From Acidimicrobiales bacterium (lineage in GTDB: Bacteria > Actinomycetota > Acidimicrobiia > Acidimicrobiales > JACCXE01), in assembly GCA_035546775.1 (NCBI GenBank), contig DASZWD010000072.1:121021-185020 (forward strand): DNA of 64,000 nt, written 5' to 3'. Under the pieces are notes generated by a model, which made no database searches, was not told the origin of the DNA, and saw nothing but the letters and a program-made list of their open reading frames with translations. The translations under genes were made by a program, and so were the position numbers. Each line of letters opens with the position of its first letter. Within the stretch, counting starts at the first letter, position 1. This document shows, piece by piece, positions 1 to 9,554 of this stretch.

Positions 1-563
1 CTGAGGCGCGCCGCGTGGAGGATGTCGTCGGAGTAGGCGTTGCCGATGCCGGCGATGAGGCGCTGGTCGACGAGGGCGCCCTTCAACTGCACGCCCCCGG
101 CCTCCTCCAGGATCTGGCCGAGCGCGGCTTGGTCGAGGTCGAACACTTCGGGGCCGAGGGAGGCGACGAACTCGATGTCGTTCGGGTCGCGCACCACGTA
201 GACCGACAGCCGCTTCTCCGTCCCCATCTCGGTGACGTCGAATCCGGACTTGTTGTCGAGGGCGATGCGCAGCGCCAACGGTGACTTGGTCGGCTTGATC
301 GGCGTCGTCGGCACCTCGTCCATCCACTTGATCCACCCGCCGCGGGCGAGGTGGAGGACGAGCCACACGCCGCCGGTGTCGAACTCGAGGTACTTGCCCC
401 GGCGCGTCACCCGCTCGATGGTGCGACCGGCGAGCGCGTCGATCGGCGGGTCGTAGGTCTTCAGCGCGGCGATGTGGGCGACGCGGACTTTGGCGATGAC
501 GTGGCCGGCGGCGCGTTCGCCGAGGAAGCGGGCAAGGGCTTCGACTTCGGGAAGTTCAGGCAC
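1..563 (-). CDS. Fpg/Nei-family DNA glycosylase / AP lyase, N-terminal part (3' end lies beyond window start)
   Basis: Not in the ORF track because there is no stop in the window. My translation of the minus strand from GTG 563 reads VPELPEVEALARFLGERAAGHVIAKVRV...RGKYLEFDTGGVWLVLHL... The PELPEVE N-terminus (catalytic Pro2/Glu3) is the Fpg/Nei hallmark. The start overlaps the dut stop by 8 nt. Confidence 0.85.
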   Translation of the reverse strand, partial: MPELPEVEALARFLGERAAGHVIAKVRVAHIAALKTYDPPIDALAGRTIERVTRRGKYLEFDTGGVWLVLHLARGGWIKWMDEVPTTPIKPTKSPLALRIALDNKSGFDVTEMGTEKRLSVYVVRDPNDIEFVASLGPEVFDLDQAALGQILEEAGGVQLKGALVDQRLIAGIGNAYSDDILHAARL

Positions 564-987
564 GACCCGTCGACCCGAAGCCGCCTTCACCGCGCTGGTG
601 GTCGTCGAGCGCGTCGACCTTGGTGAACACCGCCTGCTCGACGCGCTGGATCACCAGTTGGGCGATGCGGTCGCCGACCTCGACCTTGTAGTCCGAGTCG
701 CGATCGGTGTTGACCAGCAGCACCTTGAGCTCGCCGCGGTAGCCGCTGTCGATCAGGCCGGGCGTGTTGAGACACGTAACGCCGTGCTTGAGGGCCAGGC
801 CGCTGCGCGGCAGGACGAAGCCGGCGAAACCCTCGGGAATGGCGACGCGCAGGCCTGTCGCCACCAGCGCCCGACCGCCGTTGGCGTGCAGGGTGACGGG
901 CTCCGCGGCCGTCAGGTCGGCGCCGGCATCTCCCGGGTGGGCGTACGCGGGCAGGGTCTCGCCGACGACGGGCACCTCAGGATTCAC
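556..987 (-). CDS. dut: dUTP diphosphatase
   Basis: 143-aa track ORF with dUTPase motifs (AGADL, GLIDSGYRGE, RGEGGFGSTG). The GTG start is preceded by TAGATT plus 6 nt. Confidence 0.95.
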   Translation of the reverse strand: MNPEVPVVGETLPAYAHPGDAGADLTAAEPVTLHANGGRALVATGLRVAIPEGFAGFVLPRSGLALKHGVTCLNTPGLIDSGYRGELKVLLVNTDRDSDYKVEVGDRIAQLVIQRVEQAVFTKVDALDDHQRGEGGFGSTGRA

Positions 988-1010
988 GTCTGCAATCTAC
1001 GGTGTCGCCG

Positions 1011-1562
1011 ATGCCTGACCGCCCGCTCGTGTGGATGGACCTGGAGATGACGGGCCTCGATCCGTCGCGTGATCGGATCGTCGAGATCGCCACGCTGGTC
1101 ACCGACGCCGACCTGAACATCGTCGCCGAGGGGCCCGACCTCGTCATCCACGTCGACGACGACCTGCTCGAAAACATGAGCGAGGTCGTCAAGAACATGC
1201 ACGCCAAGAGCGGGTTGACCGACGCCATCCGCGCCTCGACCGTCACCCTCGAAGACGCGGGCGCCCAGACGCTGGCCTTCATCAAGCAGCACGTCCCGTC
1301 GAACCGGATGGCGCCGTTGTGCGGCAACTCCATCGGGACCGACCGCCGGTTTCTCGCCGCCTACCTGCCCGAGATCGAGGACTACCTGCACTACCGCTGC
1401 GTCGACGTGTCCACCGTCAAGGAACTCGTCGACCGCTGGTACCCCGAGATCTACAGCAAGCGCCCCGACAAGACCGGCAACCACCGCGCCCTCGGCGACA
1501 TCGTCGACTCCGTCAACGAACTCCGCTACTACCGCGACGCCGCCTTCCTTCCCCGGGTCTAG
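1011..1562 (+). CDS. orn: oligoribonuclease
   Basis: Track ORF 1002..1562 with DEDDh motifs WMDLEMTGL and HRALGDI. I prefer ATG 1011 (MPDRPLVWMDLEMTGL) because TACGGT at 998-1003 lies 7 nt upstream, the leaderless geometry. Confidence 0.93.
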   Translation: MPDRPLVWMDLEMTGLDPSRDRIVEIATLVTDADLNIVAEGPDLVIHVDDDLLENMSEVVKNMHAKSGLTDAIRASTVTLEDAGAQTLAFIKQHVPSNRMAPLCGNSIGTDRRFLAAYLPEIEDYLHYRCVDVSTVKELVDRWYPEIYSKRPDKTGNHRALGDIVDSVNELRYYRDAAFLPRV

Positions 1563-1573
1563 CGAGCACGCCA

Positions 1574-1622
1574 CTTCTGGTGTCTCCACGGCAGGGTCTT
1601 TCTGTCCTGGAGACACCAGAAG
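1574..1622. repeat. 49-nt palindromic hairpin element, copy A (terminator-like, no U tract)
   Basis: CTTCTGGTGTCTCCACGGCAG-GGTCTTT-CTGTCCTGGAGACACCAGAAG. The outer 15-bp arms are perfect. It starts 11 nt after the orn stop. A near-identical copy lies at 13884-13932. Confidence 0.7.
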
Positions 1623-1655
1623 CTGGGCGCACGCCAAGTACCCTCGTCGTCCGCC

Positions 1656-3335
<1,680 letters not shown>

Positions 3336-3345
3336 ACCATCGTCC

Positions 3346-3738
3346 ATGGTCGCCGTTCGCCGCCTGCGCGCCGTCGTCATCGCCGTGTGCGCCGCCGCGA
3401 TCCCGACGATGATCGTGGGGTCGGTGCTCGACCGCAACGGTGTCGCCCTCTTCGGCGGACTGTGCGCGGCGATCGCCATCGGTGGCCTACTGGTCGCCAC
3501 CACCGTCGCACCGGTGGCGCGTCCCATCACGGCCGAGGACGAAGCGGCGCGCGTCGAAAGCCTCATCGCGGAAGTCACCGCCCAAGGCGCAGACGAGCCC
3601 ACAGCGCGCGCGCTGGCGCAAGCTGCCATTCGGCTGGGACGCGCGCAACAGGGCGGCTCCGAGCAGGAGCGCCGAGGCCCGGAGCGCGGCGGACGCTCGA
3701 CGGGCCCCGACGCCAACGGTGAGGGTTCGCCCGTTTGA
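3346..3738 (+). CDS. hypothetical membrane protein (two predicted TM helices, charged C-terminal tail)
   Basis: 130-aa track ORF with strongly G/C-ending codons. Hydrophobic stretches AVVIAVCAAAIPTMIVGSVL and LFGGLCAAIAIGGLLVATTV. Overlapping track ORFs 3387.. and 3440.. read as Arg/Pro/Ser junk. Confidence 0.5.
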   Translation: MVAVRRLRAVVIAVCAAAIPTMIVGSVLDRNGVALFGGLCAAIAIGGLLVATTVAPVARPITAEDEAARVESLIAEVTAQGADEPTARALAQAAIRLGRAQQGGSEQERRGPERGGRSTGPDANGEGSPV

Positions 3739-3775
3739 TCCGGCTGTCAACCCAAACCGCCTAGGGTTTTGCGCG

Positions 3776-3985
3776 ATGAGTCAGTCACGAGCCGTCGAAC
3801 GGAGCATTGAGCCGGGCAATAGTGCCGTATGCCCGGTTTGCGGCGAGACCGTGAAGTTCAAAGCGCGCACGCAAGGGCGTCAGGTCATCGCCAACATCTA
3901 CGTGGACGGAAGCTGGGATCGCGTCGAGCACTACCACGTCGAGTGCTACGCGCAGGCGGGGCAGCCGTACGGCGAGCCGCAATAG
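3776..3985 (+). CDS. small zinc-ribbon-like protein (CxxC ... HxxC), unknown function
   Basis: ATG 3776 inside track ORF 3440..3985. Sequence MSQSRAVERSIEPGNSAVCPVCGETVKFKARTQGRQVIANIYVDGSWDRVEHYHVECYAQAG... It ends 7 nt before queD. Confidence 0.5.
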   Translation: MSQSRAVERSIEPGNSAVCPVCGETVKFKARTQGRQVIANIYVDGSWDRVEHYHVECYAQAGQPYGEPQ

Positions 3986-3992
3986 TGGCGTA

Positions 3993-4340
3993 GTGCGCAC
4001 CCGCGTCACCCGCAGCTTCAGCTTCGAAGCCGCGCACCAACTCGAGTGGCATCCCGGCGCGTGCCAGAACCTCCACGGACACTCGTACCGGCTCGAAGTC
4101 ACCGTGTCCGGTCCCCTCACCGCCGACGGGATTGTCATTGACTTCAGTGATCTTTCAGCGCTCGTGCACCGCGAGGTGATCGACCGTTTCGACCACACCT
4201 ACTTGAACGACCTGCTGCCGAACCCGACGGCCGAGTTGATCGCGGCCGACATCTGGGAGCGGCTGGCGCACGCGGGTGCCGTGCTGCATCGCATCCGGCT
4301 GTGGGAGACGGAGAACAGTTCGGTCGAGATCGAGGCATGA
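3993..4340 (+). CDS. queD: 6-carboxy-5,6,7,8-tetrahydropterin synthase
   Basis: 115 aa with FEAAHQL, HGHSYRLEV and DHTYLND motifs of the PTPS/QueD family. Confidence 0.9.
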   Translation: MRTRVTRSFSFEAAHQLEWHPGACQNLHGHSYRLEVTVSGPLTADGIVIDFSDLSALVHREVIDRFDHTYLNDLLPNPTAELIAADIWERLAHAGAVLHRIRLWETENSSVEIEA

Positions 4341-5005
4341 TCCGCACCGTCGTGATCCTCTCCGGCGGACTCGACTCCACGGTGTGTCTCGCCGAAGCGG
4401 TGGCGTCGAGCGACGCCGTCATCGCGTTGTCGATCGACTACGGGCAGCGTCACGCCGTCGAACTGCAACGGGCGCGCGCCATCGCCGCGCACTACGGCGT
4501 CGAGCACATCGAGCAACGCCTCGACCTGTCGGCGTGGGGCGGCTCGGCGCTGACCGATACGTCGATCGACGTGCCGACCGCGGCTGACGCGGCCGCCGGC
4601 GGCGCCGGCATCCCGATCACTTACGTGCCCGGACGCAACCTCGTCTTCTTGTCGCTGGCGGTCGCGCTAGCCGAGGCGCGGGGCTATGACAACGTCAGCA
4701 TCGGCGTGAACGCCCTCGACTATTCGGGGTATCCGGACTGCCGCCCCGAGTTCATCGCCTCGTTCCGCGCGACCGCCGCCCTGGCGCTGCGCACTGCCAT
4801 CGAAGGCAACCCCGTCGACGTCGTCACGCCGCTGATCGACATGAGCAAAGCCCAGATCGTGCGCCGCGGTGTCGAACTCGGCGCGCCGCTCGCATTGACG
4901 TGGTCGTGTTACCGCGGCGGCGACGCGCCGTGCGGCGACTGCGACTCGTGCGTGCTGCGGGCCAAGGGCTTCAGCGACGCCGGCGTCGTCGATCCTGCAC
5001 TGTGA
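4337..5005 (+). CDS. queC: 7-cyano-7-deazaguanine synthase
   Basis: MIRTVVILSGGLDSTV PP-loop and a C-terminal Zn cysteine cluster CYRGGDAPCGDCDSC. ATG 4337 overlaps the queD stop (ATGA); the track start 4301 is too early. Confidence 0.92.
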   Translation: MIRTVVILSGGLDSTVCLAEAVASSDAVIALSIDYGQRHAVELQRARAIAAHYGVEHIEQRLDLSAWGGSALTDTSIDVPTAADAAAGGAGIPITYVPGRNLVFLSLAVALAEARGYDNVSIGVNALDYSGYPDCRPEFIASFRATAALALRTAIEGNPVDVVTPLIDMSKAQIVRRGVELGAPLALTWSCYRGGDAPCGDCDSCVLRAKGFSDAGVVDPAL

Positions 5006-5673
5006 TCGTCGTCAACGAAATCTTCGGGCCGACGTTCCAGGGCGAAGGCCCCGCGCTCGGACGCCGCTGCGGGTTCGTGCGTCTCGGGCGGTGCAACCTC
5101 GCCTGCGCGTGGTGCGACTCGAAGTTCTCGTGGGACTGGTCGCAGTACGACCCGGCGAGGGAGTTGCACGAGATGAGCGTGGACGACATCGTCGCCGCGC
5201 TCGAACCGATGCACGTCGACACCGTCGTGGTCACCGGCGGCGAGCCATTGCTCCAGCGCTCGAAGCTCGACGAACTGGTGCGAGCGTTCGCGGCGCGCGG
5301 CTGGCGGACGCACGTCGAGACGGCGGGCACGCTGGCGTGGGACACCGCCCTCGTCGAGCAGTGGGTCGTGTCGCCCAAGCTGGCCAACAGCGGCATGGAC
5401 GCCGACCGGCGCGTGAAGCTCGACGTGCTGCGCGGCTTCGCGGCGCGTGGCGCGGCGTTCAAGTTTGTCGTCACCGAGGTCGCCGAACTCGACGAGGTCG
5501 CGGCGATCGTCGACGCGGCCGGCGCCGCGAACGTGTGGATCATGCCGGAAGGCACCGACGCCGACACGGTCCGCAGGCGCACGGCGGAGCTCGCCGACGC
5601 GGTAGCGGCGCGCGGGTGGAACCTCACCACCCGCCTACACGTACTCGTGTGGGGCGACGAGCGCGCCCGGTAG
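5002..5673 (+). CDS. queE: 7-carboxy-7-deazaguanine synthase (radical SAM)
   Basis: VIVVNEIFGPTFQGEGP...GRCNLACAWCDS (CX3CX2C). GTG 5002 overlaps the queC stop (GTGA); the track start 4900 is too early. Confidence 0.9.
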   Translation: MIVVNEIFGPTFQGEGPALGRRCGFVRLGRCNLACAWCDSKFSWDWSQYDPARELHEMSVDDIVAALEPMHVDTVVVTGGEPLLQRSKLDELVRAFAARGWRTHVETAGTLAWDTALVEQWVVSPKLANSGMDADRRVKLDVLRGFAARGAAFKFVVTEVAELDEVAAIVDAAGAANVWIMPEGTDADTVRRRTAELADAVAARGWNLTTRLHVLVWGDERAR

Positions 5674-5677
5674 CCCG

Positions 5678-6790
5678 CTAGCTGAACGCGGACTTGATCT
5701 TCTTGAACAGCCCGTGTGGAGCGTCGTTGACCTTTTCGCCGCGCAAGCCGGCGAACTGGCGCAGCAGCTGATCGGTCTCAGCGTTGAGGTCGGTGGGCGT
5801 GTCGACGGCGAGGTGAATGTGAAAGTCGCCGCGGCCGCGACCGCTGGTGTGGGGCACACCACGGCCACGCAGGCGCAACACCGCGCCCGACTGGGTGCCG
5901 GGAGAGATCGGGATCTCCTCGAGGCCTTCGAGGGTGAGCACCTCGACATTGGCCCCGAGCGCGGCTTGCGTCATCGGGATGTGCAACTCGGTGTGCACGT
6001 CGACGCCCTCGCGTTCGAAGTGGTCGTGGGGCTGCACACGGGCGTGCAGATACAAGTCGCCGGCCGGTCCGCCGCGGGGGCCCGCCGCCCCACGCCCGTG
6101 GCTGCGCAGCGTCTGGCCGTTGTCGATGCCGGCGGGCACGGTCACGACTTCGACGCGTTCTTCCAGGCGCCGCCCGTCGCCGCGACAGTCCTTGCACGGC
6201 GAGGCGATGACGGTGCCCAGACCAGCGCAGGCGTTGCAGCGGCCCGTGGTCACCATCTGGCCGAGAATGCTCTGGCGCACGCGGCGCACTTCGCCGGTGC
6301 CACCGCACTGCGAACAGTTGACCGGCGCGGTGCCGTCGGCCGCGCCGGAGCCCTTGCACGTGGTGCAGGTGACGGGGAGGCGCAGGCGCACCTCTTTCTC
6401 CGCCCCGAAAACCGCTTCCTCGAAGGTGAGGTCCACCACCGCCTCGGCGTCGGCGCCTCGCATCGGCCCAGCGCTGCGCCCGCCGCCGAATCCCGAGCCG
6501 AAGAACTGCTCGAAGATGTCACCGAGGCCGCTGGCGAAGAAGTCTTCGGCGTTGCCGGGACCGCCGGCGCTGCCCATGCCGGCCGAGCCGAACATGTCGT
6601 AGCGCTGCCGCTTGTCCGGGTCCGACAACACCTCGTAGGCCATCGAGACTTCTTTGAAGCGCTCATGCGCCTCGGTGTCGTCGGGATTGGCGTCGGGGTG
6701 CAGCTCGCGGGCGAGCTTGCGGTAGGCGCGCTTGATGTCGGCGTCGGTGGCGTTCTTCTCGACGCCTAGGAGCGCGTACAGGTCATTCAT
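5678..6790 (-). CDS. dnaJ: molecular chaperone DnaJ
   Basis: J domain with HPD, a Gly-rich linker and four CxxCxGxG repeats (CTTCKGSG, CSQCGGTG, CNACAGLG, CKDCRGDG). Confidence 0.95.
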   Translation of the reverse strand: MNDLYALLGVEKNATDADIKRAYRKLARELHPDANPDDTEAHERFKEVSMAYEVLSDPDKRQRYDMFGSAGMGSAGGPGNAEDFFASGLGDIFEQFFGSGFGGGRSAGPMRGADAEAVVDLTFEEAVFGAEKEVRLRLPVTCTTCKGSGAADGTAPVNCSQCGGTGEVRRVRQSILGQMVTTGRCNACAGLGTVIASPCKDCRGDGRRLEERVEVVTVPAGIDNGQTLRSHGRGAAGPRGGPAGDLYLHARVQPHDHFEREGVDVHTELHIPMTQAALGANVEVLTLEGLEEIPISPGTQSGAVLRLRGRGVPHTSGRGRGDFHIHLAVDTPTDLNAETDQLLRQFAGLRGEKVNDAPHGLFKKIKSAFS

Positions 6791-7787
6791 CGGAACTCAG
6801 ATTCTCGCCCAGACGGCGACTCACCGCGGAAACCGCCGCCAGGGCGTGGGGATAGTTCATGCGCGTCGGTCCGAGCACGCCGACAGTGCCCGCGGGCTGA
6901 CCGGCGATGGTGATGGGCGCGACGACGACGGCGCACTCCGCGAGCGGTGCGACTCCATGCTCGGTTCCAATCGCCACCGACCGCCCGGTGTTGAGCACGT
7001 CGCGCAGCAGCCCGACCACGACGTACTGGTGCTCGAGGACGCCGAGGACGCGCCGCACGGTGTCGACGGCTTCGAAGGCATCGGCGACGCGCGCCGTGCC
7101 GCCCACGAATACGTGGTCCTGACCGGCGACGACCGACTCGCGCCGGCGGTACGACGCCTTCACGGCGTCGATGACCGCGTCGACCCGGCGGTTGCCGGTG
7201 GCGAATCGGCCGGTGAAGGCGAGTGGCTTGCCGGTGAGGCGGGCGCTGAGCGCCGCGCTCGCGGCCGCCAGGTCGTCGTCAGTGGAGCCGGCGGGCAGGT
7301 CGAAGGTGAGTTTCTCGACGATCTGGTTCGACAACACGACGACGGCGAGGCCCTCGTTGCCGCCCATGTCCACGAGGTGGATCGAGCGCACGTGCGCCGC
7401 CTCGGAACCCGGCGACACCACGACCGCCGCGTAATTGGTGAGCGTCGCCAGCAGATTGGTCGTCTCCGCCAGCATCTGTTCGAGGGCGACGTGCGTGCGG
7501 TCGAAGAACTCCGAGACCCGCTGCTGCTCGGGCCGGTCGAGGTTGGGGTCGGTGAGGGCGTCGACGAAGAAGCGGTAGCCCTTGTCGGTGGGCACGCGGC
7601 CGGCGCTGGTGTGGGGATGGCTCAGGTATCCGTCGCGCTCGAGGGCCGCCATGTCGTTGCGGATCGTGGCCGACGACACGCTCACGCCCGCGCTCTGACG
7701 CAGATGGGCCGAGCCCACCGGTTGTGCCGTCTCGATGTATTCCTCTACCACCGCGCGCAGCACGGCGGCCTTGCGTTCGTCGAGCAT
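6783..7787 (-). CDS. hrcA: heat-inducible transcriptional repressor HrcA
   Basis: N-terminus MLDERKAAVLRAVVEEYIETAQPVGS. 334 aa, 8-nt overlap with dnaJ, CIRCE directly upstream. Confidence 0.95.
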   Translation of the reverse strand: MLDERKAAVLRAVVEEYIETAQPVGSAHLRQSAGVSVSSATIRNDMAALERDGYLSHPHTSAGRVPTDKGYRFFVDALTDPNLDRPEQQRVSEFFDRTHVALEQMLAETTNLLATLTNYAAVVVSPGSEAAHVRSIHLVDMGGNEGLAVVVLSNQIVEKLTFDLPAGSTDDDLAAASAALSARLTGKPLAFTGRFATGNRRVDAVIDAVKASYRRRESVVAGQDHVFVGGTARVADAFEAVDTVRRVLGVLEHQYVVVGLLRDVLNTGRSVAIGTEHGVAPLAECAVVVAPITIAGQPAGTVGVLGPTRMNYPHALAAVSAVSRRLGENLSSDE

Positions 7788-7814
7788 CTGGCACTCGATG
7801 ATACCGAGTGCTAA
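7788..7814 (-). promoter_or_regulatory. CIRCE operator (HrcA binding site)
   Basis: The minus strand reads TTAGCACTC-GGTATCATC-GAGTGCCAG, against consensus TTAGCACTC-N9-GAGTGCTAA (left arm perfect, right arm 7/9). It abuts the hrcA ATG. Confidence 0.85.
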
Positions 7815-9547
7815 CCAGGCTCGGCGGTAGCGTGGCCCCGGGATCGCGGCGTGAGAGACCGGGCATCGGACACGACGACAACGGATACGGCACCGTGACT
7901 AGCCTCGGATCAACCGTGGAGATTTCCAACCCCGAGTCGAACGTTTTCGACTACCTCCGAATCTTGTGGCGCCGACGCCTCTTGGTTGCGGCCGCGGCAG
8001 TCGTAGCGGCGGCGATCTCGCTGTTCCTCAGCGCTCGGGCCACACCGATCTACTCGTCAACCAGCCGCGTCCTGTTCGCGGCGCAGGACACGTCGGTGTT
8101 CCAGAGCGGCGGGTACGTGGCGCCGGATCCGGCGCAGATCGCGACCCAGGAACAAGTCATGACCTCGCCGGCGGTGTCGGGCGCCGTCGCCAAAAAGCTC
8201 GGAGCCGCAGCCGCGGCAGTCACCAGCGTCGAGGCACACGGCGTTGGGCAGACGCGCGTGCTCGAAGTCACCGTGCACGCCACCTCGCCGACCGTCGCGG
8301 CCAAGGCAGCAACCGCCTATGCCGAGACGTACCAGCAGCAAAAGCGCGACGAAGCGATCCGGCAGTCCGTGCAGATCAGCACCGAGCTCTCGCAGAAGAC
8401 CGCCGAGGCGCAGCAAAAGGTGCAGGACCTCGAAGCGCAGATCGCACGGGCGACGGCAGCCAAGGCGTCAGCCGCCGAACTCGAGGGCCTGAAGATCCAG
8501 CGCGATGCCGCCCAGACGTCCTACATCGTCTACCAACAGAAGGCGGACCAGGCGTCGGTCGACGCGTCGGTCGCCAACGGCGGCGTCCAGGTGTTGGTCC
8601 GCGGCGTGGTGCCGCGAGCGCAGATCAGCCCGAAGCCGCGGCAGAGCGCCGCCCTCGCCGTGGCCCTCGGCCTGCTGCTCGGCATCGTCGCCGCCATCGG
8701 GCTGGACTTCCTCGACGACTCGGTCAAGAACGTCGAAGAAGTCGAGCGCATCGTGCGGCCGCTGCCCATTCTCGGCGCCATCCCGGCGATCGTCGACTGG
8801 CGCAACCGGCACCAGGCACGCCTCGTCACCATCGAAGACACCGGCTCGACGCCCGCCGAGGCGTACCGCTCCTTCCGCACCAACGTGCAGTTCGCCGGCC
8901 TGCGCCGCGAAGCCCACGTGCTCCAGATCTCTAGTCCAGTCGCCGCCGAAGGCAAGACCACGACGCTGTCGAACCTTGCCGTCACGCTGTCGCTCGCCGG
9001 CCAGCGGGTGACCGTCGTCGACTGCGACCTGCGCCGGCCCCGCGTGCACGAGTTCTTTGGTTGCACCAACGAGCTGGGATTTACCTCGGTGCTGCTCGGC
9101 GACGCGCCCCTCTCGCACGCGTTGCAGCGCGTGCAACTCCCGAACGGCGGCAGCATCCAGCTGCTGGCGTCGGGCCCGCTGCCGCCGAACCCCGCGGAGT
9201 TGTTGGGCACCGTGCGCGTCAACGAACTGCTCGCCGCGTTGCGGGCCGAGAACGACTACGTGCTGATCGACGCGCCCCCAGTGCTGCCCGTCACCGACGC
9301 CGTGGTGCTTTCCGCGCGCGTCGACGGGGTCGTCCTCGTAGCTACCGCCAAGGTCACAGGCCGGCGCGACCTGACGAAAGCGCTCAACACCTTCGAAGCG
9401 GCGCAGGCGCCGCTGCTCGGCGTAGTGGTCAACGGCGCCGAGGTCACGTCGAACTACGCGTACGAGTACTCGTATCGCCCGCACTCCGAGGACACCAACG
9501 GCAACGGCACGCGCGAGCGCACCCGCAGTCGGGTCCGCAGCAACTAG
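7808..9547 (+). CDS. polysaccharide co-polymerase / BY-type tyrosine autokinase (Wzz domain + CpsD-like kinase)
   Basis: N-terminal TM and chain-length region plus coiled coil. P-loop kinase ([31 protein letters not shown]) and a Tyr-rich tail NYAYEYSY. The start is uncertain: GTG 7808 lies inside CIRCE, and in-frame GTG 7895 or 7916 are alternatives. Confidence 0.85.
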   Translation: MLTRLGGSVAPGSRRERPGIGHDDNGYGTVTSLGSTVEISNPESNVFDYLRILWRRRLLVAAAAVVAAAISLFLSARATPIYSSTSRVLFAAQDTSVFQSGGYVAPDPAQIATQEQVMTSPAVSGAVAKKLGAAAAAVTSVEAHGVGQTRVLEVTVHATSPTVAAKAATAYAETYQQQKRDEAIRQSVQISTELSQKTAEAQQKVQDLEAQIARATAAKASAAELEGLKIQRDAAQTSYIVYQQKADQASVDASVANGGVQVLVRGVVPRAQISPKPRQSAALAVALGLLLGIVAAIGLDFLDDSVKNVEEVERIVRPLPILGAIPAIVDWRNRHQARLVTIEDTGSTPAEAYRSFRTNVQFAGLRREAHVLQISSPVAAEGKTTTLSNLAVTLSLAGQRVTVVDCDLRRPRVHEFFGCTNELGFTSVLLGDAPLSHALQRVQLPNGGSIQLLASGPLPPNPAELLGTVRVNELLAALRAENDYVLIDAPPVLPVTDAVVLSARVDGVVLVATAKVTGRRDLTKALNTFEAAQAPLLGVVVNGAEVTSNYAYEYSYRPHSEDTNGNGTRERTRSRVRSN

Positions 9548-9554
9548 TCGAGCT

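Noticed and set aside
3739-3992. A preQ1 riboswitch upstream of the queDCE operon.
   Set aside because: The interval is almost fully occupied by the 69-aa Zn-ribbon ORF, with only 7 nt before queD. I see no compact preQ1-type hairpin with an A-rich tail.
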